14,876 bases of DNA from Candidatus Ozemobacteraceae bacterium (lineage in GTDB: Bacteria; Muiribacteriota; Ozemobacteria; Ozemobacterales; Ozemobacteraceae): positions 1 to 14,876 of the forward strand of contig CALLCO010000246.1 in assembly GCA_937998695.1 (NCBI GenBank). Reading direction: 5' to 3'. The position numbers were made by a program, and so were the translations under genes. Each line of letters begins with the position of its first letter. Position 1 is the stretch's first letter. This document shows positions 1 through 7,374 of the stretch, in pieces. The notes beneath the pieces are model-generated. The model searched no databases. It saw nothing but the letters and a program-made list of their open reading frames with translations, and had not been told where the DNA came from.

Positions 1-302
1 CCATGCAGGTGGTTGGGCATGATCACCAATTCGTTGCGTTCCAAACGAATTTCCCGGCGGATTTCGGCTGATCGGAACCATTCATCCTCGACCATCCGGC
101 CAAGATCGTTCAACCGCATTTCGCCATCGACCACTTCGCCGAACAGACACGCGCGGCCATGGGTACAGAGCGTGATGAAATAGGCCCCAGGCAAAGCGTA
201 ATCGAACCCGGCCAATCGCAAGGATCGCCGCCCCCAACGCCGGTCGCCCCTTTCGGACCGATCACCTCCGTCGGTTGGATGGGCAGAGCGTGAGATGGCC
301 AT
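1..302 (-). CDS. HuH (Y1) transposase of the IS200/IS605 TnpA or REP-associated tyrosine transposase (RAYT) type. Only the N-terminal part is in the window; the C-terminus runs off the left edge. The start codon is uncertain: ATG at 302-300 or TTG at 221-219.
   Basis: Minus-strand frame with codon blocks at positions divisible by 3 reads ...GRRSLRLAGFDYALPGAYFITLCTHGRACLFGEVVDGEMRLNDLGRMVEDEWFRSAEIRREIRLERNELVIMPNHLHG and leaves the window without a stop. It matches the Y1 transposase N-terminus (basic segment, YHVT-like beta strand, then HuH motif hPxHhH, here MPNHLH; compare E. coli RayT VVLPEHMH). It is missing from the ORF track because it is edge-truncated. Confidence 0.6.
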   Translation of the reverse strand, partial: MAISRSAHPTDGGDRSERGDRRWGRRSLRLAGFDYALPGAYFITLCTHGRACLFGEVVDGEMRLNDLGRMVEDEWFRSAEIRREIRLERNELVIMPNHLH

Positions 303-318
303 TGGGGACACCCCGACC

Positions 319-2091
319 TCAACGGTCAGGGGAACGGGGTTCTTGAGGATCAGGGGCAACGTCCTGCACCATTGCCCGGCACGGCGAGGCGGCCCGTCGC
401 GGCAGAAACCGCGCGACGACCAGGCATACCGACCGCCACAGAGCCCGCACCAGCTCGGTGAAGGTCATTCCCGAGCCGGGGGTAGGTTTCCCTGAGCCGG
501 TCATAGAGAGGGCGGCAACCGCCCCGCCAGGGTCTTGCCCCTGCTGCTGCTGTTCCGGGCCCGGCCGCTGGTCATGCCCCCGGTCATATCCCTGTTGGCG
601 TTGTTCAGCAACACTCTGGCCACCAGGCCCAACGGTCACCGGAATTCCCCGCCCCCCCTCACGCGAAAGTCGGTCGTTGGTGCCCCGAGATTCCCGCACC
701 ACCCGGAGCAGGGCTTTCAAATGCCGCCTCAAACCGGAAAACTCCGGGTCGTTCTCGCCCCGGATGGACTGATAGAGATCTTCCAGACACAGGGTGTTGT
801 CGATCGCGGCGGCCAGATCGCCCAACGCCTCAAGACCCGAACCGGCCAGGCTCTCGGGTGATAGGGGCGAGAAGATGGTTTGCAGATCGGCCAAGTCGCG
901 GGCATCCGGGGCGATGAGGTGCCGGAAACAGTCGGTCCGCAGCCGGTGCCAGGTAGCGCTCCATTGCTTCAGTTTCCTGATGGTGTCGTGCTCGACCGGG
1001 CCGTCGCACCACTGGTCGGCCCCCAGCACGAAGCAATGCAGGCGTTCCCCCTCGAGAGGGCTCTTGCCGAGGCGGGAAACGCCGTCGGTAATCAGCATGA
1101 TGTTGGCGCGGGCGAAGCGACCGCCGGCGCGGATATCGGCCACCGCCTGTTCGAGAGCGTCCTGCAGCGCGGTTTCCCCTTCGTTCTCCAAGGAAATGAC
1201 CTGGCGGACAATCTTGTTGAACTGGGCGGTGGAAGACCCGCTGAGGAGGTCGCCGACCGCCGTGGCAAAGGGCCGCAGGTGCAGCCTCGCCCCCTGCCGC
1301 CACCCTTCGCGGACGAAGGCGAGGGCGAGCCCCCGGGCCACGGTGCCGCGACGGTCGCTGTCGACCATCGATCCCGAGACATCGAGCAGCAGGTAGGCAT
1401 GCTGCCGGCGGAGATCCTCCTTGCCGTGTCCCGGCACCAGGTCCCCCGTCCCCGTTGGGCTGGAGACTGCCTCGCCGGTGGGTTCTTCCTGCTGCCATTG
1501 GGGCAGGAACAGATCCCGGGCCGCTAGCTTGGCGTAGAACCAGTCGGGAGCGACCTCCTCCATCAGCCACTGCTCGGGAAAGATGCCGGGCAGCTCCTCG
1601 GTGTCGCGCAGGAAGCCCAGATGCACTTCGTCGGTGGGCATCCCCGCCACCCCGCCGCCGACCCCCTCCGGATGGCCGGGCAACCCGGGGAGGCCTTGCG
1701 GCACCGTCAGGGTCAGCGGTTCACCGCCGGCGGGTCGGCCGGCCACCTGGATATCGAGTTCCCGCACCAGCCTGGCCAGCTTCCGGGCGACCAGGAACAT
1801 CGGAACCTGCGCCGGCCGCACATCACCCAGACGCAGTCCGAACGAACCGAGATAGGCGGTCAGACTGGTGTCCGCGCCGACCGGCGGCGGGGGCACCGGC
1901 GCACCGGATCGGCCCGGGCGGCCTCCCCAGAGATGCCAGGCAGAGGGGAACCCTGCAGGCGCGGCCTTCCCCGGGTCACCCGGCTTCCAGGCAGGGGAAA
2001 ACGTCGCCCCGACGTTTCGCCTGCCAGCGGCTGCGGGGCTGCCCTGCCGGAAGGCGGCGGCCCGACCGAACCAGATGCCGGGGGCACTCAT
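319..2091 (-). CDS. von Willebrand factor type A (vWA) domain protein with a complete MIDAS site, partner of the upstream MoxR ATPase. About 235 aa of uncharacterised N-terminal region precede the vWA domain, and a low-complexity Q/G/P-rich C-terminal tail follows it.
   Basis: 590-aa ORF containing LLLDVSGSM (DxSxS), then GETAL (Thr) and IMLITDG (Asp), which together form the full MIDAS metal-binding set. Its ATG overlaps the stop of the upstream AAA gene as ATGA (plus 2088-2091 tcat). The antisense plus-strand ORFs are R/P-rich artefacts. Confidence 0.8.
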   Translation of the reverse strand: MSAPGIWFGRAAAFRQGSPAAAGRRNVGATFSPAWKPGDPGKAAPAGFPSAWHLWGGRPGRSGAPVPPPPVGADTSLTAYLGSFGLRLGDVRPAQVPMFLVARKLARLVRELDIQVAGRPAGGEPLTLTVPQGLPGLPGHPEGVGGGVAGMPTDEVHLGFLRDTEELPGIFPEQWLMEEVAPDWFYAKLAARDLFLPQWQQEEPTGEAVSSPTGTGDLVPGHGKEDLRRQHAYLLLDVSGSMVDSDRRGTVARGLALAFVREGWRQGARLHLRPFATAVGDLLSGSSTAQFNKIVRQVISLENEGETALQDALEQAVADIRAGGRFARANIMLITDGVSRLGKSPLEGERLHCFVLGADQWCDGPVEHDTIRKLKQWSATWHRLRTDCFRHLIAPDARDLADLQTIFSPLSPESLAGSGLEALGDLAAAIDNTLCLEDLYQSIRGENDPEFSGLRRHLKALLRVVRESRGTNDRLSREGGRGIPVTVGPGGQSVAEQRQQGYDRGHDQRPGPEQQQQGQDPGGAVAALSMTGSGKPTPGSGMTFTELVRALWRSVCLVVARFLPRRAASPCRAMVQDVAPDPQEPRSPDR

Positions 2092-3422
2092 GCCAGCAAC
2101 TCCCGGCCCGGGTGGTTGATCCGCCGTTGGTGGTGCTGCAGGCGTTTGATCAGACCGTGCTTCAGGTCGACGACATCTTTGTGGCGGGGATGGATGCCAT
2201 CCAGCAGCCGATGGACATGTTCGAAATAGATCTCGCCCGGGGTGGTCAGATGGAACATCAGCATCAGCCGCTTCAGGAACGACGTCACTTCCAGCTCGCG
2301 GCCGCCGCGCGCCCGGTCGGCCAGCTGCTCGGCCAGACGGGACGCCTCCATCAGCTCATCAACCATGGCCAACTCGTCGGCCGGCAGGCCATGCACGGTC
2401 TCCTCGACCGCGCTGTCGAAGAGCTTCCCCTGCGTGCCGGCGGTGTCCAGCAGCGGAACCATGTACCGCAGGTCGTGCAGGTCGCTCGGTTCGACGACGG
2501 TGCGACCGTGCAACAGGGCGGACGCCAGCAGGAGCAGGCGAGCCTTGGCGAAGGTGCGGGGGCTGACATAGACCTCGGGGCCCTCCTGGGCGGCGGCGAG
2601 CTGGTTGGCCTTGGCCACGTAGCGGTTGATCGCCAGGTTCTTCAGGAACAACACATGATGGGGCACCTGGATGACCAGCCGGTCGTTGCGGCCATGCACG
2701 ATGGCGGCGAGGAACGCCAGTTCGGTCAAGGGAATCTGCTGCTCGGGCTGCGCCGCAACGTCGGCCCGGCCGCCATGGCGGGCGTATGCCTCGTCGATCG
2801 CCTGCAGGGAATACGGGTCGAAGCGGGGGTCGATCCAGGCCCGAAACAGGAAGCGGTCGAGCACGGCGGCGGTGATGTCGGTGACCCGCAGGTAGTTGGC
2901 GGCGGCGATGCCGGTATGCAGCGCCGCCTCGACCTGCTGGCGGCCTTTACGGAACCAGCGCTCGTTGAAGATGCCGAGCATCGAGCGCAGCACCATGTCG
3001 TTGGCGTCGAAGAACTCGTCGATGAAGGCCAGATCGGCGTCGACCAGGGATCCCGCCACGTTGTGGACGATGTTCCCCTGCTTCATCTCCTCGATGATGA
3101 CCGGGCCGACGACCTCCTCGGCCAGGGTGCCCTTGGACATCTGCAGCTCGAAGACCCGCGCCCCGCCGATGCGGCTGAAGACCAGCTTGGCGAAGAGCGT
3201 CTTGGCGGTGCCGGGACGGCTGATCAACAGGAGGTTTTCGCGGGTGAGCAGGGCATACATGGTCTGGATCAGCAGATCCTCGCAGCCGACCAGTTCCCGC
3301 TCCAGACCGGAGAAGACCCGGCGCACGCGACCGGCGATGGCCAGCGGATCGCGGGCTTCACCTTCCCGCCGCGGCACCGCAGCGAGTGTTTGACCAGAGC
3401 TGTGACAGAAAGATGTGATCAT
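2088..3422 (-). CDS. MoxR-family AAA+ ATPase (RavA/MoxR-like) with a C-terminal extension of about 180 aa.
   Basis: Walker A LLISRPGTAKT preceded by ALLTRENLLL (typical MoxR), and Walker B LAFIDEF. The preferred start is ATG at 3422-3420 (MITSF...). The track ORF begins at a GTG at 3488 with a proline-rich 22-aa leader that is probably not translated. It is translationally coupled to the vWA gene. Confidence 0.8.
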   Translation of the reverse strand: MITSFCHSSGQTLAAVPRREGEARDPLAIAGRVRRVFSGLERELVGCEDLLIQTMYALLTRENLLLISRPGTAKTLFAKLVFSRIGGARVFELQMSKGTLAEEVVGPVIIEEMKQGNIVHNVAGSLVDADLAFIDEFFDANDMVLRSMLGIFNERWFRKGRQQVEAALHTGIAAANYLRVTDITAAVLDRFLFRAWIDPRFDPYSLQAIDEAYARHGGRADVAAQPEQQIPLTELAFLAAIVHGRNDRLVIQVPHHVLFLKNLAINRYVAKANQLAAAQEGPEVYVSPRTFAKARLLLLASALLHGRTVVEPSDLHDLRYMVPLLDTAGTQGKLFDSAVEETVHGLPADELAMVDELMEASRLAEQLADRARGGRELEVTSFLKRLMLMFHLTTPGEIYFEHVHRLLDGIHPRHKDVVDLKHGLIKRLQHHQRRINHPGRELLA

Positions 3423-3639
3423 GCCTGCGTGGGCGCCCGGCGCAGGGGCCGGCGGCGGATTCCTCCGGGCCCCGGGGAGGGCTCCCACCCTCGATGAGAA
3501 CCATCCTCATGCTACTCCGAGGGGTTCAGGGAATCAAGGCCGGCCTTCCCGACTCATCGCCGCAGCCAATGTTTGCCATCCGGGGCGGGCCCGGGACCCA
3601 ACCGAGGCGTGCCATGACATTCGGGCGCGGGAAAGTCGT

Positions 3640-4290
3640 TCAGCCGCTCCAGAACTGGCGGATGCCCGCCAGGATGAACTCGACCCCCATGCCGGCCAGC
3701 AGCAATCCCATGATGCGGGTGACGATCTTCAGGCCGATCCGCCCGAGGAGTTTGACCAGCCGGCCGGCGTTGGCCAGAGCCGCCCAGGCAATTCCCGCGG
3801 TCAGGATGATGGCCACCCCGACGCCCAGGAGTTCACCGAGATCGCGGGCCTTCGAGCCGAGCAGGGCGACCGTCGAAATGGCGCCAGGCCCGGCCAGCAG
3901 GGGAATCGCCAACGGGGTCACCGCGACATCGGGCTTTTCGACGCTCTCGCGCCGCTCTTCAGGGGTCTGCGGCTTGTCGCCTTCGCCCGACCGCAAGGTA
4001 TCGAGAGCGGTGGCCAGCAGCAGAATGCCGCCCGCCACCCGAAAGGCCGGGGTCGAGATGCCGAAGAACGCGAAAATGCGATTGCCGGTCACCGCGAAGA
4101 CGAGCAGCACTCCGCCTGCGATCCATGCGGCCTGGCGGGCCATGCGCCGGCGCTCTTCGTCGGTGTTGTCCGGCGTGATCGCCAGAAAGATCGGCGCCGT
4201 GGCAAACGGATCGACGATCGCAAAGATCGTCGCCAGGGAAGTCAAAAACGCCATCGCCCATTCGGTCATCACGCCGCGATTATATGCCAT
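3640..4290 (-). CDS. MarC-family (UPF0056) integral membrane protein.
   Basis: 216 aa, about 6 TM segments. The N-terminal FLTSLATIFAIVDPFATAPIFLAIT matches the MarC family signature (IDPxG..PIFL). Alternative start at 4269 (MTEWAMA). Confidence 0.85.
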   Translation of the reverse strand: MAYNRGVMTEWAMAFLTSLATIFAIVDPFATAPIFLAITPDNTDEERRRMARQAAWIAGGVLLVFAVTGNRIFAFFGISTPAFRVAGGILLLATALDTLRSGEGDKPQTPEERRESVEKPDVAVTPLAIPLLAGPGAISTVALLGSKARDLGELLGVGVAIILTAGIAWAALANAGRLVKLLGRIGLKIVTRIMGLLLAGMGVEFILAGIRQFWSG

Positions 4291-4430
4291 CTGCCGGGAA
4301 TCTTCATCTCTGCTGTCACCTCCCTGGGAATGTGATCTTCACCCTTAACCCGGTCTGGTGGTCAATCTTCGGAAATCCAGTTTAAGGTATCATGGCGTCA
4401 TTGGTGGGCAACCGCCTGATGCCGCCAGGA

Positions 4431-4436
4431 AGGAGG
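4431..4436 (+). promoter_or_regulatory. Shine-Dalgarno AGGAGG for the flavodoxin-ferredoxin gene.
   Basis: AGGAGG lies 5 nt upstream of ATG 4442. It fixes the start inside track ORF 4358-5182. Confidence 0.7.
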
Positions 4437-4441
4437 ATCGC

Positions 4442-5182
4442 ATGATCGTCTGCTTTTCGGGAACCGGGAACTCGCTGCGGGTAGCCAGAGAACTGGCCCA
4501 GGGGCTGGGCGAGCCGCCGCCCGTTTCCGTCCTGACGTGGGAGCGGTGCCGGGAGCACCAGGGAGAGCGGCTGATCCTGGTTTTTCCCATCTACGCCTTC
4601 GGCCCGCCCCGACTGCTATCGATGGTCATTGACCGCCTGGAGACGATCCGCGCCGGGCATGTCTATGCGGTGGCCACCGCCGGCGGCACCCCGGGCGGAG
4701 CCCTGGCCATCCTCGACCGGCACCTCCGCGACCGGGGAGCCGTCCTGCGCGGCGGCTGGATTCTCACCGCATGGGACAAATGGTTTCGCCGGTACGAAAA
4801 CAAACTTATTGATATAGTACAAGAAATAAAGGAACACCGCGCCCGGCCGCTGCCCGGCAGCAACCTGCCGCTCGACGCCCTTTCCCCCCTGCTCCATCGC
4901 GGGTTCTGCCGCAAGGTCGGGGCGAACGGGCGACGGTTCCGCCTTGCCCCCTCCTGCACCAGATGCGGCCTGTGCGCCCGCCTCTGCCCCGTCGACAACA
5001 TCGCCCTGGCGGCCGACGGCGCCCCCCGCTGGGGTGCATCCTGCGAAGCCTGCCTCGCCTGCTACGCCTGGTGCCCGGTCCAGGCCATCCGGTTCGGATG
5101 GTGGGGACGCGCCCTGCCCACCTGCCCGCCGCCCGGCCTCACCGCCCAGAATCTGCTCGACCTGAAACGGCAGGGTCGGTAA
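4442..5182 (+). CDS. Flavodoxin-like domain fused to a 2x[4Fe-4S] dicluster ferredoxin (EFR1-like ferredoxin family).
   Basis: The N-terminal MIVCFSGTGNSLRVA matches the flavodoxin FMN-binding signature (compare IVYWSGTGNTEKMA). The C-terminus has two CxxCxxCxxxCP motifs (CTRCGLCARLCP and CEACLACYAWCP). A strong SD is present. Confidence 0.85.
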   Translation: MIVCFSGTGNSLRVARELAQGLGEPPPVSVLTWERCREHQGERLILVFPIYAFGPPRLLSMVIDRLETIRAGHVYAVATAGGTPGGALAILDRHLRDRGAVLRGGWILTAWDKWFRRYENKLIDIVQEIKEHRARPLPGSNLPLDALSPLLHRGFCRKVGANGRRFRLAPSCTRCGLCARLCPVDNIALAADGAPRWGASCEACLACYAWCPVQAIRFGWWGRALPTCPPPGLTAQNLLDLKRQGR

Positions 5183-5185
5183 GAC

Positions 5186-6247
5186 ATGGCCGGCCTGGCA
5201 TCCGCTTATCACCAGTTCGAACAGGCCTTCCCCTCTTTGCTGTCGCTGGTGGCCCGGCGGATCCGGGTGGAGGCGGCTTCCCACGGTGAGTTCCATCTCG
5301 ACCGGTCAGCGGCCGAGGTGCTCGAGTATGCCACCTTGTTCGGGCGTTTGCTGCGCATCATCTACCGGCATGGATTGCTCGCCGCCCTCCGGAATGAACT
5401 GCCATGGTACGTCGAGGTGTTCCAGGCCCATGGGTGGGGCCAAAACGGTGTCTCCCTGCTGCTCACCAGCTGGATCGTCGCCATCCAGGGCCTGATCAAG
5501 CCTCCTGAGTGCAATCTCCTGGCCGCCCCTCTCCAGGAACTGGCGGATGACCTGCCACGCCGCGTGGCCCCCGCTGCTACGACCTCGGCCACGGCGCCGA
5601 CCGCCGAACCCGACCAGGAATTTCTGGACGCGGTGCTGGCCGGAGATGCCGATCGGGCCTGGCAGCGGCTGCACATCGTCAGCCCCGGCGCACCCGCCGA
5701 TCGCCTGGTGGTCGACCGAATCCTGCCGGCCCTGTCCACCATCGGGATGCAGTGGGAACGCCATCGCCTCGAGATCTTCGCCGAGCACCTGGCCACCCAG
5801 GCCATCCAGCGCATCCTGGATCGCCTGGCGGTCGGACTGCCCCGAGCCCCGTCCCCCTCGGGATCACGGGTCGCCCTGCTGGCCTGCCCTCCCGGCGATT
5901 CGCACACGCTCATTCCCCTGGCGCTGAGCGTCTTCCTCGCCGCGCAGGGATGGCAGACCCGCAATCTCGGTGGCGGACTGCCCGCCGGTCAGATCGCCGC
6001 CGCCGCGCAGGCCCTCCGCCCCCAGGCCGTCTTCCTGACCATGCCCTTGCTCCTGCAGCTCGATGCGGTGCTGGAGGTCGTGGGGCTTCTGCGCCACCTC
6101 CAGCCTGCCCCCTCGATCGTGGTCGGCGGCCCCGGTTCCCGACCGGCCCGCGAGGTCCTCGAGCGGGCCGGCGCGCTCGTCGCCACCCATTTTGCCCACG
6201 GGCACGACCTCGCCATCGCCGCCCTGGCCTCTCCCGCCGATGCGTAG
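5186..6247 (+). CDS. CarH-type adenosylcobalamin (B12)-binding light-sensor module. It comprises a 4-helix bundle with a Wx9EH motif plus a Rossmann B12-binding domain, has a novel N-terminal domain of about 150 aa, and has no MerR DNA-binding domain.
   Basis: MQWERHRLEIFAEHLAT gives W-x9-E-H exactly as in the CarH upper-face motif. VALLACPPGDSHTLIPLALSVFLAAQGWQTRNLG ... IVVGGPG aligns with Thermus CarH ALLATPPGELHEIGLRLVADALEMEGWRV...VLVGG (DxH lower axial His, SxL, GG). It starts 4 nt after the stop of the upstream gene and overlaps the next gene by 8 nt. Confidence 0.8.
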   Translation: MAGLASAYHQFEQAFPSLLSLVARRIRVEAASHGEFHLDRSAAEVLEYATLFGRLLRIIYRHGLLAALRNELPWYVEVFQAHGWGQNGVSLLLTSWIVAIQGLIKPPECNLLAAPLQELADDLPRRVAPAATTSATAPTAEPDQEFLDAVLAGDADRAWQRLHIVSPGAPADRLVVDRILPALSTIGMQWERHRLEIFAEHLATQAIQRILDRLAVGLPRAPSPSGSRVALLACPPGDSHTLIPLALSVFLAAQGWQTRNLGGGLPAGQIAAAAQALRPQAVFLTMPLLLQLDAVLEVVGLLRHLQPAPSIVVGGPGSRPAREVLERAGALVATHFAHGHDLAIAALASPADA

Positions 6248-7361
6248 CCTCGTCGCCCTGCGGCTCGTCCTCCACGATCGCGCCTCGACCGCGGGCGCCC
6301 TGCTGGGAGTCGTCGCCATCGTCTTCCTGGTCGGCCAGCAGTTGTCGGTGTTCTTCGGTCTGTTGTCCTTCATGTCCGTCTTGGTCGACCACAGCGGGGC
6401 CGACGCCTGGATCATGAGCCGGGACACCCGCAACCTCGATGCGGGCAAACTGATTCCGGCCCGCTACCTCGACCGGCTGGTCGGCCTGCCCGAGGTCGAA
6501 TGGGCCGAGCCCATCCTGATCGGCAGCAACCTGTTTCGCACCCCTGACGGCTCGTATGAAACGGTCCGCCTCGTGGGCAGCCGCCGGCCGCGCTACGCCG
6601 GCGGCCCCTGGCGGTTCGCCGCGGGCGACCAGCACGCCCTGCTCGACCTGGAGGCCATCACCGTCGATCAGATCGATCTGCCCAAGCTCGGCCGGCCAGC
6701 CATGGCCGACCTCACCGAGATCGGCGATCGGCGGGTCCGGCTCGCGGCCATCACGCAAGGAGCGCGGGGTTTTCAGGGCACCCTCGTCTTCGGCACGCTG
6801 GAAAAGGTCCGCGAGATCATCCGCACCCCGGCGGGGCAGGTGTCTGCCATTGTGGTCCGGTTCACCCCCGGCACCGATCGGGAGGCGGCGTTGGCCCGCC
6901 TGCGCGTGGTGCTGCCCTATGCCTCGGTCTTCCGTACCGAAGATCTGTCCTGGCTGACCCGACAGTACTATGTCACCAACACCGGCATCGGCGGCAGCTT
7001 CGGATTTTCCACGGTCATCGCGGTGGTGATCGGGGTGGTGATCATTTCGCTCACCATGTACACCAGCGTTCTGGGCCGGAACCGCGATTTCGCCGTGATG
7101 CGGGCGCTCGGCGGCCGCCGGCGCGACATCGCCTTCGTCGTCTGCGCCGAAACCCTGATCATTACCGGCCTCGGTTTGTTCCTTGGTTTCGTCATGCTGG
7201 CGGGCCTGCTCCATTTCGCCCTGGACTCCGCCATTCCCTGTTACCTGCCCGCCCCGGTCCCCATCGTGCTTGCGGTGGGCACCCTGCTGGTCAGCCTCCT
7301 GGCGTCGCTGTTCGCCCTGCGTACCGCCCTCCAGGCGGAGCCGGCCCAGGTCTTCCACTGA
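6240..7361 (+). CDS. ABC transporter permease of the FtsX/MacB/DevC-like family.
   Basis: The start ATG at 6240 overlaps the previous stop (ATGCGTAG). There is an N-terminal TM segment, a periplasmic domain, and a C-terminal FtsX-type 3-TM bundle (GIGGSFGFSTVIAVVIGVVIISLTMYTSVLGRNRDFAVMRALGG...). The first 59 aa of the track ORF are an upstream artefact. Confidence 0.8.
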   Translation: MRSLVALRLVLHDRASTAGALLGVVAIVFLVGQQLSVFFGLLSFMSVLVDHSGADAWIMSRDTRNLDAGKLIPARYLDRLVGLPEVEWAEPILIGSNLFRTPDGSYETVRLVGSRRPRYAGGPWRFAAGDQHALLDLEAITVDQIDLPKLGRPAMADLTEIGDRRVRLAAITQGARGFQGTLVFGTLEKVREIIRTPAGQVSAIVVRFTPGTDREAALARLRVVLPYASVFRTEDLSWLTRQYYVTNTGIGGSFGFSTVIAVVIGVVIISLTMYTSVLGRNRDFAVMRALGGRRRDIAFVVCAETLIITGLGLFLGFVMLAGLLHFALDSAIPCYLPAPVPIVLAVGTLLVSLLASLFALRTALQAEPAQVFH

Positions 7362-7374
7362 GCGGAACCGCGCC

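Noticed and set aside
110-322. 70-aa minus-strand ORF from the track at the left edge.
   Set aside because: It is in the wrong frame. The adjacent frame encodes a recognisable HuH transposase N-terminus, so this ORF is an overlapping artefact.
1455-3497. 680-aa plus-strand ORF overlapping the AAA and vWA genes.
   Set aside because: It is R/P/G-rich with no motifs and is antisense to minus-strand ORFs that carry Walker A/B and MIDAS motifs. This is a typical GC-rich antisense artefact.
4291-4441. Possible cobalamin riboswitch in the leader of the operon that contains the B12-binding protein.
   Set aside because: The leader is only about 150 nt, and there is no B12-box (GCCACTG-like) or conserved riboswitch core. 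A weak TATCAT -10-like hexamer at 4388-4393 is the only other signal there.
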